Part shown: positions 1-8,357 of the stretch, in pieces
How the letters are laid out: each line of letters begins with the position of its first letter
Numbering within the stretch: position 1 is the stretch's first letter
NCBI GenBank assembly: GCA_036229005.1
Contig: JAZAMN010000028.1
Location: 1 to 26,804, forward strand
Source of the DNA: Myxococcota bacterium
GTDB lineage: Bacteria; Myxococcota_A; UBA796; CAJQPC01
DNA: 26,804 bases
Reading direction: 5' to 3'
The notes under the pieces: model-generated
What the model was told of the DNA's origin: nothing
The model's database searches: none
The model's input: the letters and a program-made list of their open reading frames with translations, nothing else
Program-made: the position numbers and the translations under genes

Positions 1-70
1 ACGTGCCGAGCAGCTCGTCCAGCAGCTCTTCGCGCTTCTTCTCAATCTCGCTCTTCTTCTTGCGTGCCAT
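1..70 (-). CDS. Probable IS256-family transposase, N-terminal 23 codons only (partial)
   Basis: ATG at 70 with GGAG at 81-78; translates MARKKKSEIEKKREELLDELLGT. The ELLDELL motif is typical of the start of IS256-group transposases. Not in the ORF track because it is truncated. Confidence 0.65.
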   Translation of the reverse strand, partial: MARKKKSEIEKKREELLDELLGT

Positions 71-77
71 CGGGCAT

Positions 78-103
78 CTCCGGGTGGAGGAGATCACCCG
101 GAG
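78..103 (-). promoter_or_regulatory. 9-bp stem hairpin covering the transposase Shine-Dalgarno
   Basis: CTCCGGGTG (78-86) and CACCCGGAG (95-103) are perfect reverse complements. The minus-strand GGAG RBS at 81-78 lies in the stem. Confidence 0.55.
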
Positions 104-194
104 GGCTTGACGCGTCTACACAGAATTCTGGACACCCTCGAGTGCGCGTTTTCACGAGCTAAGCGTCCCGAATGCACGGATTCCGGTCGGAGAA

Positions 195-341
195 CGTGCA
201 CTGAGACCCCGTAGCTCGGCCAGAGCGTGCACTGACGCCCCGTAGCTCGGCCAAAGCGTGCATTGAGACCCCGTAGCTCGGCCAGGGCGTGCACTGAGAC
301 CCCGTAGCTCGGCAAGAGCGTGCACTGAGCCCCCGTAGCTC
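195..341. repeat. 31-bp direct tandem repeat, ~4.7 copies, no spacers
   Basis: Consensus CGTGCACTGAGACCCCGTAGCTCGGCCAGAG; units start at 195, 226, 257, 288 and 319 (partial), with 0-3 substitutions per unit. Confidence 0.95.
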
Positions 342-344
342 CGC

Positions 345-737
345 TCAGCGCGGCCGGTGCTGGGTCCCCTCCCCTGCCGTGATGAACAGGGCGGTCGCTG
401 GCTCGGTCACGTCTGCGGTGTGCCAGACGCCGGGCGGGTTGATGGCGTACTCCCCGGGGCCCAGCTCGACCTGGTGCACGCTCCCGTCCAGCAGCTCCTG
501 GGTCAGGGTGATGCGGCCGGCGGTGCAGACCACGACCTCGGCGCCCTTGGGGTGCATCTCCCACATGCTCCAGGGTTCGGTGAAGGTGTGCATGGAGACC
601 AGGCGGCCCTCGGGGCCATCGTCGCCGTGGCGCTGGTCATAGCCGGCGTACCACTGCATCCCGTCAAAGGGGGGCTGCGGGACGGCGGTTGCGCCGAGGC
701 CCAGGTGGATGAAGTCCTGGGAGAGTCGCTTGGGCAT
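345..737 (-). CDS. Cupin domain protein (130 aa)
   Basis: C-terminal part of the 345..2078 track ORF; ATG at 737 follows AGGAG. Cupin motif 1 WEMHPKGAEVVVC and motif 2 GEYAINPPGVWH. Confidence 0.85.
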   Translation of the reverse strand: MPKRLSQDFIHLGLGATAVPQPPFDGMQWYAGYDQRHGDDGPEGRLVSMHTFTEPWSMWEMHPKGAEVVVCTAGRITLTQELLDGSVHQVELGPGEYAINPPGVWHTADVTEPATALFITAGEGTQHRPR

Positions 738-842
738 GGGGGCTCCTGGGGCGGACTGCGAGCCTACTCCAGCCTGTCCTCGCTGGCACCCAGGGCGTAG
801 AGCGGTGGATGGGCTATGCATCTGTGAGCGTTGGAGATGCCC

Positions 843-1976
843 ATGGTCAAGGTCCTCACAGTCTTTGGAACCCGCCCGGAGGCCATCAAGATGGCCCCCC
901 TCGTCCAGGCCCTGGACGCGCACCCCCAGATCGACTCCCGCGTCTGCGTGACCGCCCAGCACCGCGAGATGCTCGACCAGGTGCTGCAGCTCTTTGAGCT
1001 CACCCCGCACCACGACCTGGACCTGATGAAGCCCGGCCAGAACCTGGCGGAGCTCACCGCGCGCATCCTGACCCACCTCCGGCCCGTCCTGCTGGAGGAG
1101 AAGCCCGACGTGGTGCTGGTCCACGGCGACACGACCACCACGCTGGCCACGGCCCTGGGCGCCTTCTACGAGGGCATCCCGGTCGGTCACGTCGAGGCCG
1201 GGCTGCGCACGGGCAACCTGCAGGCCCCCTTCCCGGAGGAGGCCAACCGCGTGCTGGCGGACCAGATCTGCCGCTTCTACTTTGCGCCCACCCAGCGTTC
1301 GATGGACAACCTGGTCCGGGAGCACCTGCCGCAGGCCGACATGCACGTCACCGGGAATACGGTGATTGATGCGCTGCTCTGGGTGCGCGAGAAGGTCGTG
1401 GCCCAACCTCTGGACACCTGGAAGCAGGCCTACGGGTCGGCCTACGATGTCATCGCCGGCGAGGACAGGCTGGTGCTGATGACCGGTCACCGCCGCGAAA
1501 ACCACGGGCAGGGCTTCCTGGACATCTGCCGCGCGGTCCGCATCCTGGCGGAGCGGCACCCCGACGTGGCGTTCGTCTACCCGGTGCACCTGAACCCCAA
1601 GGTCAAGGGGCCCGTCCACGAGCAGCTCGGGGACCTGGCCAACGTGCACCTGATCGCACCGCTGGACTACGCGCCCTTCGTCCGCCTGATGGACCGCTGC
1701 ACGCTGATCCTGACGGACTCCGGCGGCATCCAGGAGGAGGCCCCCTCCCTGGGCAAGCCCGTGCTGGTCATGCGCGAGACCACCGAGCGCCCGGAGGCCG
1801 TGGACGCCGGCACCGTGAAGCTGGTGGGCACCGACGTTGGGCGCATCACCGAGAACGTCACGCGCCTGCTCACGGACCCCCAGGCCTACGGCGAGATGTC
1901 CCTGGCCCACAACCCCTACGGGGACGGCAAGAGCTGCGCGCGCATCGCGCAGATCCTGGTGGACGCGCTGGGGTGA
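843..1976 (+). CDS. wecB: UDP-N-acetylglucosamine 2-epimerase (non-hydrolysing)
   Basis: [63 protein letters not shown] and NPYGDG motifs. Start placed at ATG 843 after GGAG (833-836). Confidence 0.97.
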   Translation: MVKVLTVFGTRPEAIKMAPLVQALDAHPQIDSRVCVTAQHREMLDQVLQLFELTPHHDLDLMKPGQNLAELTARILTHLRPVLLEEKPDVVLVHGDTTTTLATALGAFYEGIPVGHVEAGLRTGNLQAPFPEEANRVLADQICRFYFAPTQRSMDNLVREHLPQADMHVTGNTVIDALLWVREKVVAQPLDTWKQAYGSAYDVIAGEDRLVLMTGHRRENHGQGFLDICRAVRILAERHPDVAFVYPVHLNPKVKGPVHEQLGDLANVHLIAPLDYAPFVRLMDRCTLILTDSGGIQEEAPSLGKPVLVMRETTERPEAVDAGTVKLVGTDVGRITENVTRLLTDPQAYGEMSLAHNPYGDGKSCARIAQILVDALG

Positions 1977-2080
1977 ACTGGGCCGACCCCGCGCTCTAAG
2001 TTCTGGCTTACATCCTTGCTTTTTCCTGCGACCCCAACATCGCGCGGGGAAGAATCGGGCAGACCAGCAAGGAGTCAACC

Positions 2081-2554
2081 ATGAGTCAGGTTCTGTTCGT
2101 TCTGCTCACAGCGTGTGCCCCCGAGGGGGAGTCCCTGGACACGGGGTGGAGTTTGGATGCGTCCGTCAAGGAGGACGTCCAGGTCCCCTACGAGTGTCCA
2201 TCCACCAACTATGAGGGCGGTCTCGCCCACGCCGAGCAGCGCTTCGACACCCTGTTCGGGACCTACACCAAGGACGAGGCCTACAAGATGGCGGGCGATG
2301 CAGCCCTCGCCCAGGCGGCGTCGACCGCGGCCAGCGGCGGGAGCTGTGAGGAGCCTTGCACGCCCCGCTACAGCTACCCCAGTTGCTACTACACGGGGTG
2401 GGGAGAGCTCACCGTGAGCTACCTCGAACGCCGGCCCGTCCCGGCGCCCTGCTACGCCTGCGCCGTCGAGTGGGAATGGGTGACGGTCACCAAGGTGGTT
2501 GGCGTTTGGGTCGACGCATACTGCGAGACCACGCTGACCTGCAGCGAGGACTGA
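2081..2554 (+). CDS. Cys-rich hypothetical lipoprotein
   Basis: Strong RBS AAGGAG; MSQVLFVLLTA-C lipobox-like start; 8 further Cys. Confidence 0.75.
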   Translation: MSQVLFVLLTACAPEGESLDTGWSLDASVKEDVQVPYECPSTNYEGGLAHAEQRFDTLFGTYTKDEAYKMAGDAALAQAASTAASGGSCEEPCTPRYSYPSCYYTGWGELTVSYLERRPVPAPCYACAVEWEWVTVTKVVGVWVDAYCETTLTCSED

Positions 2555-2560
2555 ATCGCC

Positions 2561-2591
2561 GCTCCGGGGCCTCACACCGAGACCCCGGAGC
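2561..2591. terminator. GC-rich hairpin between convergent genes (possible bidirectional terminator)
   Basis: GCTCCGGGG-c-CTC ... GAG-a-CCCCGGAGC, lying between stops at 2554 and 2602. No U-tract. Confidence 0.55.
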
Positions 2592-2601
2592 CATCCCTCC
2601 C

Positions 2602-5169
2602 CTACTCGTCCACGCTCAGGACCAGGTAGGCCGCGCCCGAGGAGCTACCCCCCAGGTCCGCGCCCGTCGCCCCGATGAGCAGCTCGTCCGCGCCGTCGCC
2701 GTCCGTGTCTCCAGCGAAACCAACGCTCGCACCGGCGGCGTCGTCGGAGGCCGCGCCCTCGAAGCGCCCGTCGGCGTCCGAGAGCGAGATCGTGCCGGAG
2801 ACGCTGCTGTTTCCGTAGACCAGGTAGGCCGCGCCCTGGTCGGCGCTGCCGTAGTTGGCCGCGCCGATGAGCAGGTCGGGGTCGCCGTCCCCGTCGAAGT
2901 CGCCGCCCGTGGCCAACTGGGCGCCCGCGCGGTCGCCGCCACCCTCGCCGGTGTAGGTCGCGTCCGCGCCGCTGACCGAGCCGCTGGAGACGGGGCCCAT
3001 GAGCACGAACACCGCGCCGGCCGCGCTGCCGCCGCTGTCCTCACCCGGAGCGCCGATGACCAGCTCCGCGTAGCCGTCGCCATCCAGGTCGGGCATCACG
3101 GCGACGGCGGCGCCCACCTCGTCGGAGGCGGTGTCGCCGGTCAGCAGGGCGTCGTAGTCGGAGAAGGGCACGGAGCCGTTGATCCCGCCGTAGAACACCC
3201 CCACGCTGCCCGCGCTGGAGCTGGCCTCGGTGTAGCCGACCACCAGGTCGTCCTGGCCGTCGCCGTCCAGGTCACCTGCGGCCAGGTTGCCTCCCAGGTT
3301 TGCGCCGGCGACGTCGCCATAGATCTTGAGGTCGTAGAGGTCCTCGACGCTGCCAGAGGCCGACACGCCGCCGAACACGTACACCGCGCCGCCGTCCGCG
3401 CCGCCCTCGTCGTTGTAGAGCGAGCCGCTCATGAACTCGGCCTGGCCATCGCCATCGGTGTCGCCGGCGAACACCAGGTTGGAGCCCACGCGGTCGTAGT
3501 TGGTGTCGCCCTCCAGGGTGAAGGTCGCAGCGCTCCCCAGGTCGTAGCTGCCGCTCCAGGCGGTGGCGCCATCGAGCACGTAGATCTCCCCGCGAGCCAG
3601 GCCGCTTCCGGGTGCGCGCAAGGCGGCCACCAGCAGGTCCTCGACGCCATCACCGGTCACGTCCACGGTGCCGAGCACACCGGATCCGGCGCGGTCCTTC
3701 TCGTTGGCCCCGAAGAAGGAAGCGTCCGCGCTCGCGGAGCTGATCGAGCCGCTCACGCTCCCGTAGAACAGGTAGGCCGCGCCGTTCTGCTCCTGGACCG
3801 AGGACTCGTGGTGCGCGGCGATCAACAGCTCGTCGTTGCCGTCTCCGTCCAGATCCGGGACCGCAGTCAGATCGCTGCCCAGCTCATCAGCGCCCGAAGC
3901 CCCGTAGAAGATGGCGTCCGCGTCGTCCAGGCTCAGGTTGCAGAAGTCCAGGCCGGTGCTGCAGTCGTTGTCGATGCCATCGTTGCAGATCTCGATGGCG
4001 TCGGGGTTGACGGCGTCCGCAGTGTCGTCGCAGTCCGTGTCGTCGGCCACGTAGCCCAGCGGCTGGGTGCAGCTCGCGGTGCTGTCGCTGGCGTCGCCGA
4101 AGCCGTCGCCGTCGTCGTCCGCGTACCAGTCCCCGGCGTCCGTCGCGTAGTCGTCGTCCACCACGCCGTTGCAGTCGTTGTCGACCAGGTCGCAGGTCTC
4201 GGTGCCGCCCGGGTTGGCCGTGCTGTCGGTGTCGTCGCAGTCGGTGGCGTTGTCCGCGTAGCCGCTGGGCTGCTCGCAGGAGAAGGTGATGTTGGTGGTC
4301 GCGCCATAGCCGTCGCCGTCGCCGTCCTCGAACCACAGCGTGTCGGGGTTCAGGTCGGCGTCCGTGTCGTCGCAGTCCTGGTTGTCCTGGGTGGTCCCGG
4401 AGGGCTGCTCACAGACCTGCTGGGCGTCGTCGGGGTCGCCGTAGCCGTCGCCGTCATCGTCCGCGTACCAGAAGGTCTCGGGGTTGATCTCGGCGTCCAG
4501 GTCGTCGCAGTCCTGGTTGTTGTCGGCGTAGCCCTCGGGCTGCTCGCAGGCCTGCCGCGCGAAGCTGGCGTTGTCGCTGCCGTAGGTGTCGGCGTCGGCA
4601 TCCAGATACCAGGTGCTGGCGTCCAGCGCGCCGTCCTCGTCGATGTCGCCGTCGCAGTTGTTGTCGATCTCATCGCAGTACTCGGGCGCGCCCGGGAACA
4701 CCTCGGCCACCGAGTCGTCGCACTCCTGGCAGGCCGCCCAGCCGTCCCCATCGTTGTCCGCGTAGCCCACGGAGCCGTCGCAGTTGTAGTCGTTGGGGTC
4801 GGCGCAGTTGTCCTCGGGCGCGCCCGGGTAGTAGGCGGTGTCCCCGTCATCGCAGTCGCCGCCCACCTCCACCGCGCCCTCGGGGGCCTCGCAGGCGTTC
4901 AGGATCTCGCTGTCGTCGCCATACCCATCGCCGTCGGCGTCCAGGTAGAAGTCGACGCCGTCCACCGGCTCCTCGTCCACGGCCCCGTCGCAGTTGTTGT
5001 CGACGCCGTCGCAGTATTCGGCGGCCCCCGGGTAGACGGCGGCGTTGTTGTCGTCGCAGTCCTCGTCGTCAAAGTAGGAGTCGTTGTCCGCGTCGACCCG
5101 CGAGTCACCGGTCTCATCGACGGTGTCCTTGTTGCAGGCGAACAAAGAGAGTGCGAGAAGCAAGGTCAT
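2602..5169 (-). CDS. Lipoprotein with MopE-related Cys/Asp metal-binding repeats and a C-terminal FG-GAP (integrin-alpha-like) beta-propeller
   Basis: ATG 5169 after GGAG gives MTLLLALSLFA-C. Seven xCDD modules (e.g. DCDDNNAAVYPGAAEYCDGVDNNCDG) are followed by seven DxDGDGxxDLLIGA-type repeats with G-A-x-Y-L/V segments. Confidence 0.9.
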   Translation of the reverse strand: MTLLLALSLFACNKDTVDETGDSRVDADNDSYFDDEDCDDNNAAVYPGAAEYCDGVDNNCDGAVDEEPVDGVDFYLDADGDGYGDDSEILNACEAPEGAVEVGGDCDDGDTAYYPGAPEDNCADPNDYNCDGSVGYADNDGDGWAACQECDDSVAEVFPGAPEYCDEIDNNCDGDIDEDGALDASTWYLDADADTYGSDNASFARQACEQPEGYADNNQDCDDLDAEINPETFWYADDDGDGYGDPDDAQQVCEQPSGTTQDNQDCDDTDADLNPDTLWFEDGDGDGYGATTNITFSCEQPSGYADNATDCDDTDSTANPGGTETCDLVDNDCNGVVDDDYATDAGDWYADDDGDGFGDASDSTASCTQPLGYVADDTDCDDTADAVNPDAIEICNDGIDNDCSTGLDFCNLSLDDADAIFYGASGADELGSDLTAVPDLDGDGNDELLIAAHHESSVQEQNGAAYLFYGSVSGSISSASADASFFGANEKDRAGSGVLGTVDVTGDGVEDLLVAALRAPGSGLARGEIYVLDGATAWSGSYDLGSAATFTLEGDTNYDRVGSNLVFAGDTDGDGQAEFMSGSLYNDEGGADGGAVYVFGGVSASGSVEDLYDLKIYGDVAGANLGGNLAAGDLDGDGQDDLVVGYTEASSSAGSVGVFYGGINGSVPFSDYDALLTGDTASDEVGAAVAVMPDLDGDGYAELVIGAPGEDSGGSAAGAVFVLMGPVSSGSVSGADATYTGEGGGDRAGAQLATGGDFDGDGDPDLLIGAANYGSADQGAAYLVYGNSSVSGTISLSDADGRFEGAASDDAAGASVGFAGDTDGDGADELLIGATGADLGGSSSGAAYLVLSVDE

Positions 5170-5217
5170 CAGGGACTCCAAGGCGCGACAGACGCTGAGA
5201 ATGGGTGTCGTAGGTAC

Positions 5218-5246
5218 AAAGTAGAGAGGGCCAGCAGGACTGTCAA
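5218..5246 (-). promoter_or_regulatory. Sigma70-type promoter for the MopE/FG-GAP lipoprotein gene
   Basis: Minus strand: TTGACA (5246-5241), 17-nt spacer, TACTTT (5223-5218). Confidence 0.7.
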
Positions 5247-5304
5247 CTGATGGGTTACTGCCAAGTCCACCTTGTCGCAGCGGGCCCCGTGCGAGCAGCT
5301 ATAG

Positions 5305-7344
5305 ATGGGACTCGGAACAAAGAAGGCAGAAGTGAAGCTCTCCACCACCCTCTCCGTCGCGGTCGTCGCGGGCGCCGTCGTGGGCCTGTTCTGGTGGCTC
5401 GCCTACACGCCCCAGGTCTACTCCGCCCCGCTGCTGATCGGGGGCTACAGCGCCGCGCTGGCCCTGGGACACGGCATCCTGGGGGCCCTGGACGCCCGCT
5501 TCCGCAGCCCCATCGTCGTGGCCTTCGCTGCCACCACCGGCGGCCTGTTCGCCCCCGCTGCCATGGCCAACCTCCACGCCGCGGGCATCCTGGGAGGCGT
5601 GCTCGGCGGGGTGATCGATCTGGCCGTGATCTTTGGCGCGTGGCTCCTCACCAGCCTGGCGATCGCCTTGTCGAACCCTGCAAAGCGTGCGCAGGGCCTG
5701 ATGGCCGCCGCCGGGATTGAGGGCGCACTGATCGCCACCTGGGCCATCGGTCTGGTCAACATCCCCAGCCAGGACGTCCAGGCCCCCACCGCCCAGTCCG
5801 CCGGTCAGCCCGCCCCCACCAGCCCCATCCTGGTCTTTGGCATCGACGGCGCCGACTGGCAGGTGCTGGAGCCCATGATGAGCGCCGGCGAGCTCCCCAA
5901 CCTGGCCGCCCTGGTCGACCGCGGGCAGCGCGGCGTGCTCCGGAGCGCCGAGCCCATGGCCAGCCCCGTGGTCTGGAACACCATCTTCTCCGGCGTGAAC
6001 CCCGAGACCCACGGCCTGGAGGACTGGTACCGCTCCGACGCCCGCAGCCGCAAGGTCCCCCTGCTCTGGGACATCTACGCCGCCACCGGCGCGGAGACCC
6101 TGGCCGTCAACGTCCCCGGCACCTGGCCCCCCAACCCCGTGCCCCAGGGCCTGATGGTCTCCGGCTTCCCCATCCCCGGCCTCTCCAGCGGCGACACCGG
6201 CCAGCTCCGGGGCAGCATCGTCAGCTCCACGCGCAGCAGCGCCGAGATCCCCGTCCACCCCGCCTACGGCGCCGCCCCCAGCTTCACCGCCCAGGTCCCC
6301 GTGGGCACCGACGTCATCACCCGCACCATCCCCAACGTGTCCAACGTGCTCATCGACACGGCCGGGAGGGAGGGGCTGATCCCGGTACGAAGCCACGATC
6401 TGAACCTCCAGATCCAGGTCGGTGACTCCGCCCGGATCACGGGCAACTTCCCCGGCGAGGTCACCCTGGCGCCCGGCGAGTGGTCCTCCTGGCTCAAGGT
6501 CGACTCCCCCGGCATCGACGCCTTCATCCGCCTGCACTGCCTGAGCGTGGACAGCGGGTCGGTGGAGCTCTTCGTGAGCCCCGCCTTCCAGGACCCCACC
6601 GCGCCCCGCTCCGCGTACGCCAGCGAGCCCCTGGGCCCCGAGCTGGTCGGCGGGGAGACCCCCTACATCGTCGAGCCCATCGGGTGGACCGCCCACCGCG
6701 AGGACAGCATCGCCCACCTGGTCCCCCAGCTCCTCCTGCAGGCCCAGGAGCGCCAGATCGCCTTCTCCGAGGCCTGGCTCCAGGACCACAGCCCCGTGCT
6801 GGTCGCCCAGGTCTTCACGGCCACCGACCGCATCCAGCACCCCTACTGGAGCCTGCACGAGCGGGCCCCCTACCAGGGCCTCTGGGAGGCCCCGCCGAAC
6901 ATCGCCGAGCACGACTACGTGGCCGACGCCTACCAGGAGGCCGACGCCGCCCTCGGCCGCCTGATCGAGGCCACCCGCCAGGCCTCCGGCGAGCCCATGG
7001 TCCTGGTCGTCAGCGACCACGGCGTGTTCTGGAACGACCCGAAGCACCACCCCGAGCTCGGCGAGTCCGGACACCGCGACGCCGGGATCTGGATCGCCGC
7101 CGGCCCCAACGTCGATCACCGCGAGGCCCAGCAGGAACTCCGCGTGGTCGATGTCGTGCCCACCATCGCCGACTGCATGGGCCTGGCCCAGGCGCAGGAC
7201 TGGGAAGGAGAGGCTGGTGGGATCTGCCGGGTCGGGACTCCCACCACTGTAGACACCTATGTGGATCGGGCAGGATCCGGGAACGTGAGCGTCGGCGAGG
7301 CCAGTGAGGATCAGCTCAAGGCGCTCGGCTACATCGAGGAGTGA
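5305..7344 (+). CDS. Membrane-anchored alkaline phosphatase superfamily (nucleotide pyrophosphatase/phosphodiesterase-like) protein
   Basis: About 5 N-terminal hydrophobic segments, then GIDGADW, RSAEPMASPVVWNTIFSG, DRIQH, VSDHG, VDVVPT and C-terminal LKALGY. The start could be GTG at 5332. Confidence 0.85.
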   Translation: MGLGTKKAEVKLSTTLSVAVVAGAVVGLFWWLAYTPQVYSAPLLIGGYSAALALGHGILGALDARFRSPIVVAFAATTGGLFAPAAMANLHAAGILGGVLGGVIDLAVIFGAWLLTSLAIALSNPAKRAQGLMAAAGIEGALIATWAIGLVNIPSQDVQAPTAQSAGQPAPTSPILVFGIDGADWQVLEPMMSAGELPNLAALVDRGQRGVLRSAEPMASPVVWNTIFSGVNPETHGLEDWYRSDARSRKVPLLWDIYAATGAETLAVNVPGTWPPNPVPQGLMVSGFPIPGLSSGDTGQLRGSIVSSTRSSAEIPVHPAYGAAPSFTAQVPVGTDVITRTIPNVSNVLIDTAGREGLIPVRSHDLNLQIQVGDSARITGNFPGEVTLAPGEWSSWLKVDSPGIDAFIRLHCLSVDSGSVELFVSPAFQDPTAPRSAYASEPLGPELVGGETPYIVEPIGWTAHREDSIAHLVPQLLLQAQERQIAFSEAWLQDHSPVLVAQVFTATDRIQHPYWSLHERAPYQGLWEAPPNIAEHDYVADAYQEADAALGRLIEATRQASGEPMVLVVSDHGVFWNDPKHHPELGESGHRDAGIWIAAGPNVDHREAQQELRVVDVVPTIADCMGLAQAQDWEGEAGGICRVGTPTTVDTYVDRAGSGNVSVGEASEDQLKALGYIEE

Positions 7345-8357
7345 CCGTGAAGCTGCAGCACCACCCGGGTGAGCCCGGCCCGCCCGTCTCCACCCGCTGG
7401 AGCGGGGGCCTGGAGGACCTCTCCACCCTCCCCCGGATGGCCGCAGGCGTCTGCATCCTGTTGGGCGGAGGCCTCGCGCTCGCGGCGGTGTACGGCGGCG
7501 CCCAGCTCTACAACGGCACGCCGGCCCCGGCGCTGGAGAGCTGGCCCGTCATCGCAGCAGCGGGCCTGGCCAGCCTCCCCTTCCTGGGCCTCCTGGCCAT
7601 CCTTGCGCTCTGGGGCATGCGGGCCCGCGTCCGAGACCAGACCCGCTACTACAAGCTGGGCAAGGTCCAGCCCCTCAGCCCGGAGCAGCGGGCCGCGCTC
7701 CAGCTCGACGTACTCAACGCCACCAGCGGCGTGTGGATGGAGACCCTGGAGTACTGGCCCTGCGAGCGCCGCGTGGGCGACGTGCGCTTTGGGAGCTTTG
7801 AGCTGGCCACCCCGGCCGAGGCGCTGGAGGCCCTCGAGCGCGACTGGGGCGTGGTGGACCGAGAGAGCTGGCTGCAGACCGCCAACGCGCTGGTGCGGGG
7901 GCTGCACAGCCAACACCTCGCCCGAGAGATGGCCGGCGACGCCGCCCCCCAGGTCCGCGCAGATCTCAGCGCCCTCACGGGCCTGCCCCCCCAAGCCGTC
8001 GACCAGGCCCTGAAGGCACACAACGGAGCGCCCGCCTTGGTCTGGGCCTGGGACCTCGCCCGCGTCATCCCCCACTGCCGCAACGGCTACACCGCGGGCC
8101 TGATCACGGAGGCCGAGGCCTGGGGCTGGATGCTCAGCGCGAGCGAGACCGCCCGCACCCTCTACCCCACCCGCCAGGCCTTCTTGGACGGCTACCGACT
8201 CGGGCACGCCTTCTGGGCGGGCGATCCGGAGGCCTGCGGCCGCCGGCTGGAGGCGACCCAGGCCTACCAGCGCCTCGGCGACCTGGTCCCGTGGCAGCCG
8301 CTGCCTTTCTCCGCGCTCTCCGAGCAGCAGCAGAGCCGGCTCCGCGCCGCCTACTGA
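7341..8357 (+). CDS. DUF1266-like membrane protein
   Basis: Two N-terminal TM segments, then LERDWGVVDRES, AWDLAR...GYTAGLITEAEAW and FLDGYRLGHAFW. GTGA overlap with the upstream stop. Confidence 0.75.
   Translation: MTVKLQHHPGEPGPPVSTRWSGGLEDLSTLPRMAAGVCILLGGGLALAAVYGGAQLYNGTPAPALESWPVIAAAGLASLPFLGLLAILALWGMRARVRDQTRYYKLGKVQPLSPEQRAALQLDVLNATSGVWMETLEYWPCERRVGDVRFGSFELATPAEALEALERDWGVVDRESWLQTANALVRGLHSQHLAREMAGDAAPQVRADLSALTGLPPQAVDQALKAHNGAPALVWAWDLARVIPHCRNGYTAGLITEAEAWGWMLSASETARTLYPTRQAFLDGYRLGHAFWAGDPEACGRRLEATQAYQRLGDLVPWQPLPFSALSEQQQSRLRAAY

Larger units (their letters stand above)
1..139 (-). mobile_element. Left end of a probable IS256-family insertion sequence (continues beyond the window start)
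   Basis: The minus strand from 139 reads GAGGGTGTCCAGAATTCTGTGTAGAC (139-114), resembling IS256-family terminal inverted repeats (GAG..TGT....AA.T.TGTGT). An ORF with an IS256-like N-terminus starts 69 nt inside this end. The other end is not in the window. Confidence 0.7.

Noticed and set aside
195..341. CRISPR array interpretation of the 31-bp repeats
   Set aside because: Units abut directly with no unique spacers, and there are no cas genes in the window.
94..564. 156-aa minus-strand ORF spanning the repeat
   Set aside because: It is an off-frame overlap of the cupin that runs through the tandem repeat and IS end, with Arg/Pro-rich shadow composition.
738..2078. N-terminal extension of the 577-aa ORF ending in the cupin
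   Set aside because: It is antisense to wecB; the cupin has its own RBS and ATG at 737.
2356..5250. Very long antisense ORFs (964 aa here; also 5299..7119, 13927..16689, 18787..21753, 22302..24284, 24460..26217)
   Set aside because: These are typical stop-poor antisense shadows of high-GC3 genes; the opposite strands carry recognisable protein motifs.
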